From Malacoraja senta (Eukaryota): DNA of 64,000 nucleotides. Of the stretch, positions 1-12,595 are shown piece after piece. The position numbers were made by a program, and so were the translations under genes. The notes below the pieces were generated by a model. That model saw nothing but the letters and a program-made list of their open reading frames with translations. It was not told where the DNA came from and ran no database searches. How positions within the stretch are numbered: position 1 is the stretch's first letter; each line of letters opens with the position of its first letter. Where the stretch lies: positions 8,124,001-8,188,000 of the forward strand of contig CM075997.1 of assembly GCA_038087875.1 (NCBI GenBank), given 5' to 3'.

Positions 1-294
1 ATCCACTCAATCCTCTCTGCAATTTTGAACCAACGTGTATCTTTACACATCTCCATGTTTCCGATGTAGTGTCTTTGACTTGATTCGTCGACGTGGTTTC
101 TTTTTGCGCAATTGCTGTTTGACTTGCTGCACGTTTCATGGATTTTGTGTTTTAATACCGAGGGGAAGACGGTCGATTTTGCGCTATGTTCCACACGTCT
201 CGCTTGCATTCCATAGTGTTCTAGTTTGCACAACGTAGAAAGCGACCCTTCGGCCTACTGACTATTAGAACATATAACTTAGAACATATAACAC

Positions 295-1900
295 TACTTA
301 ATTACTTAGACATGGCTCCTCCCACACTGTTAACTGCATTGGGCAGCAAGCTTTCGCCATTCTGTTCTGTTATATGCGACGTCTCCCACCCTTGATTGGC
401 TTGTGCCCGGGCTTCCAGATAGTTCTGTAATGTTTGCCCCATGTGAGTTTTGGTCGGCCTCTTTTCCATCTTCCATCAGGTTGCCATGTCATTGCTATCT
501 TGGGTGCACGTTCTGGTGACATTCTGAGTACATGTCCTGCAAATTTCATCTTGCGTACCTCTATGTCCTGGCTGAGAGGTTTTGTTGCAGTTTCATGGTA
601 ATAATAGATTTTTATTTATATAGCGCTTTTCAGGACTCAAAGTTGCTTTACAATTGAGAGTCAGGAATAAACAAAACAAAATAGAGCAGTAAGACAGAGG
701 GGAGGGGAACATGGGACTAAGGGTATGCAGAGGTGAAGAGATGGGTCTTGAGGCGGGACTGGAAGATGGTGAGGGACTCAGAATTTCGGACCGGTTGTGG
801 GAGGGAATTCCAGAGCCTGGGAGCTGCCCTGGAGAAGGCTCTGCCTCCAAAAGTGCAGAGGTTTGATTTCGGAGTGGAGAGGAGACCAGCTGATGTGGAT
901 CTGAGTGACCGTGAGGGTTGGTAGGGGGAGAGGAGGTCAATGAGATAAGGGGGGGGGCAGGTTGTTGAGGGCTTTGTAGGTGAGGACCAGGATTTTGTAG
1001 GTGATCCGGTGGGAAATGGGAAGCCAGTGAAGTTCTTTGAGAACTGGGGTGATGTGGTGCCAGGATTTGGTGTGGGTAATGAGTCGATCGGCTGCATTTT
1101 GGACCAGTTGGAGTCGTTTGATGCTGCTGGAATTGATTCCGAAAAGAAGAGAGTTAGATCTCTTCGTTTGTGATGTGGTCTCTGTAGCTAGTCTTCAGGA
1201 TCTTCCTCAAGTAGCGTTGTTGGAATGCATCCAAATTTCTTTTTTATCTTCAAATTTTCCATGACTCACTGGCATAGAGGGCTGCAAGAAGGGGTAAGCA
1301 CTGGAAGAGCTTGACTTTTAGCATCTTGTAAATCGCGCCACTAAACTACATTGGCTGCATTCGTCTGAAGACTGATGCAGCTTTACCAATTCTGGAAATC
1401 TACATCTACATCTCCATCTACTGCGAACACGCTGCCAAGATAGATAAATCTTGTGGCGTTTTCCACAATTTCCCCATCGATTATCAGTGTGTCTATTGGC
1501 TGCTGGTCTCCCGTCTGCATGGCCTTAGTCTTCTGGCAGCTGCTCTTTAATCCAATCTTTGATGCATTCACCTCCATAGCGCTTGTCATCTCTTGAAAGG
1601 TGTGTCTCGACTCACATGTACAGCAAAACATAAAATCAGGCACTGTAGCATATAATGCATACGCCGACCTTGATACCAAGGCGAATTCTTATCTGCCGAC
1701 ACATAATCGAACTTCTTGATGGCAATCATACAAGCATTCATTAATTCCGTATCCATCCGTTGCTCGTTTTGTCCAGGTGGGTTTTAAACGTTGTTACTAT
1801 TTCCGTCGCCACCACCCCTTCTGCCAGCTGATGCCACTTATCAGCTGCTCTTATTCTAAAAAAGAGAACCCTCAGATCTTCAGCGTGCTCTAGTCTACCG
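295..1900 (-). mobile_element. Degraded RTE-clade LINE 3' portion, interrupted by an L2 insertion
   Basis: Minus-strand ORF 1383-1679 contains ENATRFIYLGSVFAVDGDVDVD, followed in another frame by IGKAASVFRRM, typical of RTE RT C-terminal regions. Boundaries are approximate. Confidence 0.6.
596..1155 (-). mobile_element. L2 LINE 3' end (5'-truncated)
   Basis: ORF 717-1097 ends PPYLIDLL..RSLRS..GGRAFSRAAPRLWNSLP..FQSRLKTHLF, the L2 ORF2 C-terminus. The 3' UTR ends ttgagtcctgaaaagcgctatataaataaaa and matches the copies at 40460 and 44252. Confidence 0.85.
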
Positions 1901-2364
1901 TGTGAATAGACAATTGCGGTATATGTCTTCGACAGTTGGATATACCCGTAAACGAACGGCTGAAGTTATTCAGGCAGGGGATGTTGGACACTGGAGCAGA
2001 AAACAATCTCCGCTGGTCTGGCAACGTCTGTTGGAATGGGAAATTCTGAATGCCTCCGTGGGTGCACGTTATCCCCTAACCAAAATTACCATCGCCTCTC
2101 AGGACAACGTGGGTAATGATGCTGCTGTACCCGCTGAGTTTCTCCAGCACTTTTGTCTACCTTCGATTTTCCAGCATCTGCAGTTCCTTCTTGAACGTGG
2201 GTAATGAAATTTGACTTCCGGAATAAAGTCTCTGTTCCTTCAATTTCTTTTTCAATTCAAACTCATTAATTTCTTCAGGAAACCCTCTGGAATGACATTC
2301 TTGGATGCTTCCACTAAACAAACGTTATCCCTCTTACACACAACGTTCACACGCTCGTTAGGCC

Positions 2365-2915
2365 GCGCATGCAGTACTCTATTCAGGTTTGCTCACCTTG
2401 CTACAGGAAAGATGCCATTGGCTGGGAAGAGTGCACGGACGATTTACGAGGATGCTGGGAGGATTTGAAGGTCTGCCTTACAAGGAGAGGTTCGGCAGAG
2501 TATGTTTTTTTATTACATGGAGCGCCAGAAGATGAGGGATGTACTTACAGAGATGTGTAAAATCTTGAGGGGAATTCATAGGGAAAATATTCAGATTTTT
2601 GCATAGGGAAATCAAAGGCAATCAAGACGTAGAGGGAATAGGTTTAAAGTGAGGGGGGGGAGATTTCATAGGGCAAAGTGTGTGATGAACACAGGGGCAA
2701 CCTCTTCACATAGAGAGCATTGGAACGAGTTGCCAGAAGACGTAGCTAAGGTAGTTTCAATAGCAACATTTAAAATACGTTAGCACAGGATAGGAAAGGA
2801 TTAGTTGGAGATGGTTAACGTCGACAAATGGGACAGCTTCACATGAGATCTTGGTCGGTATAGAATTAGTGCAAACAGCGTTTAGCCGTGCTGAGTGACC
2901 CTATGCCTCTTTATG
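2365..2915 (+). mobile_element. Degraded CR1 LINE 3' fragment
   Basis: Decayed match to the CR1 C-terminal coding region (QYSIQVCSPCYRKDAI; atttacgaggatgctgggagg) seen in intact copies in this window. Confidence 0.7.
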
Positions 2916-2961
2916 AAAGCACGCACAACATTCTAATTATCTCTCCATTTATTTTGTATAG

Positions 2962-3252
2962 ATACGCTACGAACACCAACGGCCTCATTTGATCAAGCAA
3001 GCGGCGTCTATATAGAAGGGGAAACGATAACCATCATCTGTACGGTGAACAGTGACTACGACCATTCCGTGAAATTTTACAGAGAAAACGAGCTGTTGGC
3101 CACCACTCAGGTTGTGACAAGGGGCAACACTGCCATGTTCGCTTTCGCCAGCAGACACCAACAAGGGCAGTACCATTGTCAGTATCAGGCTGTCGTCGGG
3201 AAAAGACGCTTGTTGTCCAGGCAAAGCCAAAACGTGAACTTAACTGTCATCG
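2962..3252 (+). CDS. Ig-domain exon D1 of an LRC-type (LILR/IGSF1/A1BG-like) receptor
   Basis: Acceptor ttttgtatag|, donor |gtgagt, 291 nt, phase 1-1. Encodes DTLRTPTASFDQASGVYIEGETITIICTVNSDYDHSVKFYRENELLATTQVVTRGNTAMFAFASRHQQGQYHCQYQAVVGKRRLLSRQSQNVNLTVI, with C27-C73 and a GxYxCxY motif. Confidence 0.9.
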
Positions 3253-3915
3253 GTGAGTGTCGGTAGTGGAATCAAGGGATATGGGGGGAAGGGAGGCACG
3301 GGTTATTGATTGGGGACGATCAGCCATGATCACAATGAATGGCGGTGCTGGCTCAAAGGGCCGAATGGCACATATTTTCTATGTTTTTATGTTTCTAGTA
3401 CTTATATTTGTCATCAGCAGGAAGTCTACACGAACCTGTCACTCAGTCAATCGTAACACCGATGTTCTTAGTGTGGGGCCCGCGCTTCTGACATGCTGGC
3501 ATCCATGAAGCAAACCGTGATTCCGTTTACTTTCCTATAGTCACGCTGTAAACTCCATGGCTTTCAAAAGAAGGAATCACAAACCGATCGCTCCATACTT
3601 TTTTATTCCCACATTATGTCTGGCACACATTCGGCACAAGATGTTGGAATTCATATTGCTTGATCTGCCCATTACGTGGATTCGTGTTTAGGACCTTAAT
3701 CCAAACATAATATGTTACATTCAAAACTATGTTACTCACTTTGCTGTCCTTACTGACTGCACTCATGACATTTTGACGCGCTTTATAATGTCCATCATCT
3801 TCGATGAACACAGATTCTGCCATCAAGAATCAACAGTTGCTTGACTTGTGAGCTTCAATAGTAATAAAGCAGATTCCTTCAAGTATCATGCCTTCAACCA
3901 TCATTGTTCCCACAG

Positions 3916-4206
3916 ATCCGCTACCTAGACCAAGGATATCGCTTACGGAAACGACGGGGGTGTATACAGGGGGAGAAACAGTATCTATTGCCTGCAACGT
4001 AAACAGGATGTATCCCGACGATGTCTACTTTTACAGAAATAATGCACTTTTGACCTCTCGTCAAATATCTACAGTGCGCAACACTGGCACTTTCCTAGTT
4101 AGTCATCCAAGTCAGGGAGGATGGTACAAATGCAAATACGGGATCCATACTAAAAAACGGCGGTTGGAATCGAAATTCAGCAAGGCTGTATCGGTCACGA
4201 TAGCAG
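3916..4206 (+). CDS. Ig-domain exon D2, same family
   Basis: Acceptor ttcccacag|, donor |gtgagt, 291 nt, phase 1-1. Encodes DPLPRPRISLTETTGVYTGGETVSIACNVNRMYPDDVYFYRNNALLTSRQISTVRNTGTFLVSHPSQGGWYKCKYGIHTKKRRLESKFSKAVSVTIA and aligns without gaps to D1. Confidence 0.92.
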
Positions 4207-4284
4207 GTGAGTCAAATGGAGTCAAGGTTTTTGGAGTTCTCAACGCAGACCGGATTCCGTTAAATTGAAAGATTTAAAATATAA

Positions 4285-4745
4285 CATGGAATGACCCCAG
4301 AAACGAGTGGGTTAACATGTGATGAGCATTTGACGGCACTGGGCCTGTACTCGCTGGAGTTTAGAAGCATGAAGCGGATCTCATTGAAAGATAGCGAATA
4401 GTGAAAGTCTTGGATAGAGTGGATGTGGCGAAGATGTTTCTACACGGACTAGAAGTCATAGCCTCAGAATGAAAGGATGTTCATTTACGAACGAGATGAG
4501 GAGGAATTTATTTTGTCAGAGGGTGGTGAATCTGTGAAATTATTTGCCACAGAACAACGTGGAGGCCGTCAATGGATATTTTTAAGGCATAGATAGATAG
4601 ATTCTTGATTTGTATGGGTGTCATGGATTATAGGGAGAAGGTATGGGAATGCGTTAAGAGTGGAGATAGATCAGCCATGTTATAGACGCGATGGGTCGAA
4701 TGGCCTAATTCTGCTTATAATCACTTATAATCTTATGATCTTAGG
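4285..4745 (+). mobile_element. CR1 LINE 3' fragment
   Basis: ctgggcctgtactcgctggagtttagaag and agagggtggtgaatctgtg motifs plus a CR1 3' UTR. Confidence 0.75.
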
Positions 4746-4883
4746 AACCTGTGATCTCGGAAAAATAAAAACAGCCACAGCATACCGGCGAGTGCATGAA
4801 CAGAAACAAACTTTCACTTCAATGGTTTTGTTTGAGTTGCATTACGCTCGTAACCCTTTCATATCTTATATTGCTAAAGACAG

Positions 4884-4981
4884 AGCAGCGGGTGTGGTAC
4901 AAACCAGCATTCGGGGCAGCGATCCTCTTGGTATCATCCGTTCTTTTGGTCGCCGTGTTTCTGACAATTAAGCACCCTTGA
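4884..4981 (+). CDS. Candidate transmembrane exon TM-A with a 3-residue tail
   Basis: Phase-1 acceptor aaagacag| gives EQRVWYKPAFGAAILLVSSVLLVAVFLTIKHP*, with a 21-residue hydrophobic stretch, 677 nt after D2. The polypyrimidine tract is modest. Confidence 0.6.
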
Positions 4982-5940
4982 CGTGACTCTTCGGACCCAA
5001 GCAATTTGCCAACATCTAAGGGACGGCGGAGGTTCGAGGTCTAACGGCCAGAGAGTTGTATAGCACGGATTACGACCCACGGTCCCCGGGCCATTCCGAC
5101 CATGTTGGCATGTTGGTTGAGCTCGTTTGTGTTCCAAAGCCTTCCAATCCTATTCTCTCCGTAGAAATTAATGTATGGATGACATGTTATCTGTTCTCAT
5201 CTGCCCAAATACGATCCGTATCCCACATAGAATTATTTGCACTTCTACCTAAAAAACTATTTAACATACTATCATATCTGCCTCCACAACCACCCCGGCA
5301 AAGTGTTCCAGGACTTTACCACTCCTTCCTAGCTCATCTCTATTAGAATTTCCCCACTCACCTTATAGCGATGCCCTCTAGTGTTGGACATTTCCTCCCG
5401 AGAGAAAGGTTTTGACTTCCTGCCCTATCTATGTTTTTTGTCTTGTTTTACATACTTCTATCAAGTCTCCTTTCAATCCCCTACGTCACACAAGGAACAA
5501 TACACATTCATGCAACATCTTGTACCTTAAGCCCTCTATTCCAGGCAGGACGATTAAGTTCTTTGCAGTGCTATTCGTCAAACGCTTCTTCATTGAATAG
5601 ATTTCGGAAGAGGTGTTCCAGACAACACGTTTTAGTTATACTAAAAGGCTAGATAGACTGCGCTCTAGGATTCATGTCAAGTTGACAATTGTACCCACAA
5701 TAAGCTTGCTAATGAGAAGCCAACGATTATGTATTATTGCAATTTAAAGCGCGTTTTAATAGAAAGATTAAACGAGAACTTACCGTTTGAAGTTTAATCT
5801 TTATTTTATGAGAAGATGGAGTGATAGACTACGTGAAGAACCCGCCAGCACGCATGCGTTTCAAATTCAGAGCCACTGTATGAAACCACAGTCCACTTGA
5901 ACCAGAATCAAGCTATAGAAAGATTAATAACATTTGACTT

Positions 5941-6345
5941 ACATAGAAACATAGAAACATAGAAAATAGGTGCAGGAGTAGACCATTCGGCCCTTCGAGC
6001 CTGCACCACCATTCAATATGATCATGGCTGATCATCCAACTCAGTATCCCGTACCTGCCTTCTCTCCATACCCCCTGATCCCCTTAGCCACAAGGGGCAC
6101 ATCTAACTCCCTCTTAAATATAGCCAATGAACTGTCCTCAACTACCTTCTGTGGCAGAGAATTCCAGAGATTCACCACTCTCTGTGTGAAAAATGTTTTT
6201 CTCATTCGGTCCTAAAAGAATTCCCCCTTATCCTTAAACTGTGAACCCTTGTTCTAGACTTCACCAACATCGGGAACAATCTTCCTGCATCTAGCCTGTC
6301 CAATCCCCTTAAGAATTGTGTAAGTTTCTATAAGATCCCCCCTAA
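5941..6345 (-). mobile_element. CR1 LINE 3' end nested in the DIRS element
   Basis: (acatagaa)n tail and standard CR1 3' UTR/ORF2 end; near-identical to the starts of 43457 and 31400-31780. Confidence 0.9.
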
Positions 6346-7096
6346 TATTACCGAATGACATTTATGAGATTCAGGGTTGGCAGTGGAGGCCACGTAGTCT
6401 CTCACTCCAACTTCTTATAAAATAAAGATCAAACTTCAAATGGTAGAAAAGACATGGGCCATTAACACATGATGCTAACTTTACATACATGTACATCGCC
6501 TTGAACTGGACCACAGTCCCATTAGCCTTGGAGTTACAGTCAAATAGCTCATGTAACATTGTCCAGAATTCTACCTGCAATCTTCCTGACCTGTTAAGCG
6601 GTTTATTATGAGCTTCCGAAAGTGCGCTCATCTGACCATCGTTCTGTTGCAAGAATGTGATCAAGAGGAACATCCATTCTATTGGCTGCCGACGTGCCAG
6701 AAGCCCTGGTAGAGTGTGACTTAAAATTATCTGTATTCACTCACGCTTTCTCCAGCGTTAATTATATCCATCATGAAATGGACTGCGCCGACACTCTCTT
6801 GTGAGACTTCTTTTATAACTACGAAGAAAGCTTTTCCATCATCTCGTAGGTTCTTATTAATCTCACTATACTTTTTCACATAATAGACACCCACAATCTC
6901 CGATCTGCTGCCAGTTCCAACTTGTACCCAACCGCGCCTGCTCTGCTTTATGAGTTCATTCAATAAAATGCTACCCTCTTGTCAGATATGGTCAGGTTAT
7001 CCAGACAGAGATGGCTTAAAGACTGAGCAATTCGTGCTGAAATAAGTGTCAGCATGACTAACTTATGAATAACTGCTCCAACGTTGGGGATGCAAC

Positions 7097-8557
7097 TTTA
7101 AAAAGGGTTCGAAGAGTAAACCTAGCAATTATAGACCTGTTAGTTTGACGTCAGTGGTGGGCAAATTAATGGAAAGGATACTTAAAGATAATATATATAA
7201 GCATCTGGATAAGCAGGGTCTGATTAGGAACAGTCAACATGGATTTGTGCCTGGAAGGTCATGCTTGACTAATCTTCTTGAATTTTTCGAAGAGGTTACT
7301 AGGGAAATTGATGAGGGTAAAGCAGTGGATGTTGTCTATATGGACTTCAGTAAGGCCTTTGACAAGGTTCCTCATGGAAGGTTGGTTAAGAAGATTCAAT
7401 TGTTGGGTATTAATGGTGGAGTAGCAAGATGGATTCAACAGTGGCTGAATGGGAGATGCCAGAAAGTAATGGTGGATGGCTGTTTGTCAGGTTGGAGGCC
7501 GGTGACTAGTGGGGTGCCTCAGGGGTCTGTGTTGGGTCCACTATTGTTTTTCATGTACATCAATGATCTGGATGATGGTGTGGAAAATTGGATTAGTAAG
7601 TATGGAGATGATACTAAGATAGGTGGTGTTGTGGATAATGAAGTAGATTTGCAAAGTCTACAGAGAGATTTAGGCCATTTGGAAGAGTGGGCTGAAAGAT
7701 GGCAGATGGAGTTTAACGCTGACAAATGTGAGGTGCTACATCTCGGCAGGACAAATCAAAATAGGACGTACACGTTAAATGGTAGCGAATTGAGGAATGC
7801 AGTTGAACAGAGGGATCTAGGAATAACTGTGCATAGTTCCCTGAAGGTGGAATCTCATGTAGATAGGGTGGTAAAGAAAGCTTTTGGTGTGCTGGCCTTT
7901 ATAAATCAGAGCATTGAATATAGAAGTTGGGATGTAATGTTAAAATTGTACAAGGCATTGGTGAGGCCAATTCTGGAGTATGGAGTACAGTTTTGGTCGC
8001 CTAATTATAGGAAGGATGTCAACAAAATAGAGAGAGTACAGAGGAGATTTACTAGAATGTTGCCTGGGTTTCAGCAACTAAGTTACAGAGAAAGGTTGAA
8101 CAAGTTAGGTCTTTATTCTTTGGAGCGCAGAAGGTTAAGAGGGGACTTGATAGAGGTCTTTAAAATTATGAGCGGGTTAGACAGAGTGGACGTGGATAAG
8201 CTTTTCCCATTGAGAGTAGGGAAGATTCAAACAAGGGGACATGACTTGAGAATTAAGGGACAGAAGTTTAGGGGGAACATTAGGGGGAACTTCTTTACTC
8301 AGAGAGTGGTAGCTGTGTGGAATGAGCTTCCAGTGGAAGTGGTGGAGGCAGGTTCGATGTTATCCTTTAAAAATAGATTGGATGGGTATATGGACGGGAA
8401 CGGAATGGAGGGTTATGGTCTGAGTGCAGGTAGATGGGACTAGGGGGGAGTATTTATTTTTAATTAAAAAAATAAAAAATAAATGTTCGGCACGGACTTG
8501 AAGGGCCGAGATGGCCTGTTTCCGTGCTGTTATGGTTATATGGTTATATGGTTATAT
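7097..8557 (+). mobile_element. Young 5'-truncated CR1 LINE with an open RT ORF (7145-8443)
   Basis: Uninterrupted 432-aa ORF with QHGF..RSCLTNL, DFSKAFDKV, GVPQGSVLGP, YGDDTK and WNELP. The 3' tail is (ggttatat)n. Confidence 0.95.
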
Positions 8558-10669
8558 AGTGCCAATCTGCATTAAAAATGTAATACTGATTACACATTCC
8601 ACACTACATTGTATCTAGGCTTTAGAGGGTTCATATTAAAGACACATTCCATGAACATTGTCACTAGTGGGTGAGAACCAATCGTTTGTTGCCCCCTCCA
8701 AACACTAGATACGATGTTAAGGCACTGCGGGCAGGGTTAATTGCGCTATAACTTAGTCGCTTATCATAAAACCAAACTGAAAGAAACACCGAAACCTCTG
8801 CTACTTGTGCTTTAAAGTAGCTCACATGTATCTCTTCACAACACTTTTACCCTGTTTTATGTATGTTTCTTGTGCCATCTCGCCAAGCTGCAGTGATCAC
8901 GTCAACTGTCCTGCTGGATAGTCCTATAAGCTCGAAGGGTCTCTTCAAATCCTGCAAATTAATAAATCAATACGATAATGCAGTGGATGCGGTGCACGAG
9001 TGATATGTTGAACTAACCACTGTTTGTGTCTGTGTGCAAATTTTGGAGCTTCTTTCAGCAAACCTTTTTACAATGGAAACCATGGTTGAGTAGGCCAATT
9101 TGGCACTACTATAATTCCTGTTGCCTCGTCTTGAATTATCTTTTGTAGGCATCTTCCTATAAGGCAGAATGAGGAATTTCTTGACCTGGTGCCTGCTTCA
9201 ATTTCGTACCTATATGACAGATGTACACCTGACACCCATATTTTCCTCTTATATACCGCGCCCAAATGGCCTTTGCTAGTGCATCACATGTTTGAGACTT
9301 ACAGCTCCCATATGGTTAACATACGCTGCTGCTATTGTATTGTCCCGATGTAGCCTAATTTGCATATCAAGGTCATTCCCACAATACGTTCTCAATGCCT
9401 GGAATGCTGCCAGCATTTCCAAATAATTGATGCCATATTTGATGGCCATGTCTCAACTCATCCTCATTCCACCTACCACTACAACTAGTATAGGTGTCAG
9501 TTACACCTCAGCTCTCAATTTGTAGTTTAATTGCGGGATTCTTAGGTACAATGAACCCTGCACACTCGTGTGTACTCAATCCCCCACTGGAATTCTGATA
9601 TCGACTCTGTCGTCAGCCTCATACATCTATCAAAATGTCCCATATTCAATTTTAGGGCAAGAACTTTCTCACGATCCAGGCTTCTATAATGCATGCCAGC
9701 TACCAGCTTGTCTATCACCCTCGCAACCTGTCGTATAATAGACTTCTCATTCTTACGTAAGCCTGTGCATGCATCTCCAAAATTTTGTTTCTTAACTGTA
9801 GGTAGGGTCACAGACCTATCTGAAGAGTTTATGACAAAGCTTAACAGCTTATGAAAATGCGACATTTTTTGTCGGTTCAAGCCTGGATGAATATCAAATC
9901 CAACATCTTCTCGGAGTGTCTAGGTTGCTAAAACAGCTACCTCTGTTTCCTATATCATCTTTCCTACGATGAGCGTGTCAACTATTTCCTGTGACTCTCA
10001 TGTATTCGTAATGGAAATAATGCATCTTTGAGATCGATTGAGGCCATAAAGCAATCCTCAATAATCAGCAGTTTTGTTGAATGAAAATCCATTCTACAAT
10101 GGTTATAATCCAAATCCATGCTCAGACTAGCCAAATCAAGAATTATTCTGTATACACCATCTTCCTTAGACCTTGTGAAGATATTGGAAATATATTCATC
10201 TTGTTCATGGACAATCTCCTCAATCATATCGTTTCGTGTAATTTCACTACCTCTACTCGGATAGCTATATATTCATCTTAAGACAGTTTGCACGGGAATT
10301 AGGGGTTTTCTTGCCGTGGAGGAAACCGGTCAGACCGAACGTCAGATTTATAGCCATCTATGGCTGGTAAAGTGAAATAAGTGGCTATCATCGAATAAAG
10401 TGGCTATCTTTTCGCACTTACTTTTGAACAGCCTCAATATATCTCCGACTTGAATATCCCCCGTAACTTTCATGCAGCTGAAGGAATAATACTCACCTAT
10501 CGCCACGATATTAGCTGGTTGATTGATAGCATCTGCTGACACTAATTTTTGTTCGATCCCTTCCCTCTGGCTCTGACATAGTAGCCCGCGTGGCGTTGAG
10601 ACTGAGTGTGTGGCACGCGCTATGAGCGCTATGAACCTGCGCCTAAAAAACATCTGGCTCTGTCTTAGT

Positions 10670-11180
10670 TAGAAACATAGAAACATAGAAAATATGTGCA
10701 GCAGGAGGCCATTTGGCACTTCGTGCCAGCACCGCCATTCATTCTGATCATGGCTGATCGTCCCCAATCAATAACCCGTGTCTGCCTTCTCCCCATATCC
10801 CCTGATTCCACTAGCCCCTAGAGCTATATCTAACTCTCTCTTAAATCCATCCAGTGATTTGGCCTGCACTGTCCTCTGTGGCAGGGAATTCCACAAATTC
10901 ACAACCCGCTGGGTGAATTTTTTTTCTCATCTCAGCCTTAAATGGCCTCCCCTTTATTCTAAGACTGTAGCCCCTGGTTCTGGACTCGCCTAACATTGGG
11001 AACGTTTTTCCTGCATCTAGCTTGTCCAGTCCTTTTATAATTGTACATGTTTCTATAAGAACACCCCCCTCATCCTTCTACACTCCAGTGAATACAAGCC
11101 TAGTCTTTTCAATCTTTCCTCATATTTTCAATCTTTCCTCATATTTTCAAACTTTCCTCATATATTCAATATTTCCTCAT
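10670..11180 (-). mobile_element. CR1 LINE 3' end
   Basis: agaaacatag tail and CR1 3' UTR, with a short tandem amplification of ttcaatctttcctcatat at 11108-11180. Confidence 0.85.
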
Positions 11181-12595
11181 GTGGAAATTTGTGTAGGCAT
11201 AGAACTGTTGTGAAGGCATAGAACCCGCTTCAGTATAGCGGTTTCAGCCACTAACATTTTAGGATGATATCCTTACACAGCAGTGCTGAGGCTTCTTGAT
11301 GCACTTCAGAACGTTGTGCCCCATCCACCGACCTCGCAATCAGCGAAATCCCTCTTGTGAGAGCTCTCCGAACTCGTTGGATTTTAAATCTTAAGATTTA
11401 ATTTCGCCAATCAGAATGTCCCAGATGGTGATGTTAACCTTCGGTACATCGGGAGCCTGCAGTTAACAGCATGCACATACTTTTCAGCATTGTCCAGCAT
11501 GTTCTCCTCATTCAGCTGGTGTGAAGTCAAGTGTATAATGCTACTTGCCAGTTCTGCCTCTACTGGTTCACATATCCCATAGGGAATGGCAAATTTTGTT
11601 CCCGAATGCTGACAGCTCTTTTTTAATCGTGAGCTGAAAGATATTATCCATTGTTGAGGGAATCCTCAATCTCCCAGCCTCTGAGCGGGAGATATCCTCA
11701 TGTATCTGAATTGAACTGCCTGTATCAATGCAGTTTACCTTTTACCTTTACCAGTTTGCATCTTAATTTAATTAACAAGTTTGAGCAAATATTAACGGTG
11801 TTTTAAATAGTGAACTGCATTATCAAGGATATCCTACGGTACATGATGATATTAGCGAGTTTGTGAAATGGTAAGAGCAATAGTTGATGAAGTTGAAACA
11901 TGAAACAATAGCAGATGAAGTTGAAACTATGAGGTGAAGTACTGAGTGAGTACTAACAAGGTTAATACGTACGCAATCTGGTGCTGGTGAATGATGAGGA
12001 ACAGAGTGGAGAATTCTAAAGATTCGTGAGGTTATCAGAAGGTGCAGAAGTGAAGCTATGAGATTATTGGTTTTATAACTTTTATTTAAAGTACAGTTGG
12101 ATTTTAATTTGCAGTTCTGACTATCAAACTTCCGTATGTTCGTGATTGCAAGGAATAGGTTACGAAGAGGTGTGCCAGAGAACACGTTTTAGTTATAGCA
12201 AGAGACTAGAGAGACTGCATTTCTTTTCGTTGTGCTGCAAATGGCGATGTTAAATCTGATAGAGGGACATATAGAACTATGATGCGGTAATTTTTAATCA
12301 CAGGCTACGATGTAGTAGTGTTTAATCGGTCTATGATGTTTTGGTTATGTTTTTGGTGTCCGTCAAATCATACCATCCATGTGTACGACCAAAGATAGAC
12401 ACAAAATGCTGGAGTAACTCAGCGGGTGAGGCAGCATCTCTGGAGAGAAGGAATGGGCGACCAAACATGCACAAGTGCACGGTGCACAGCTGGTGCACGG
12501 CGAAATACGCGTGCAGAACGTACGAATTCAGCACAATAGCGTTATAGTTGCAGTTACAAAGAAAGTATAGGTAAAAAAAAAGTTGGGTCTAAAAT

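Larger units (their letters stand above)
5758..11800 (-). mobile_element. Degraded DIRS-like tyrosine-recombinase retrotransposon with three nested CR1 insertions
   Basis: RT fragments EYISNIFTRSKEDGVYRIILDL..FMASIDLKDA (9982-10227) and IIRQVARVIDKLVA (9542-9880), plus IVVPNWPTQPWFPL (9068-9265). The terminus at 5761-5835 is inverted-complementary to 6391-6455 (ICR) and homologous to the right end of the DIRS at 22550-26252. The 5' boundary is uncertain. Confidence 0.75.
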
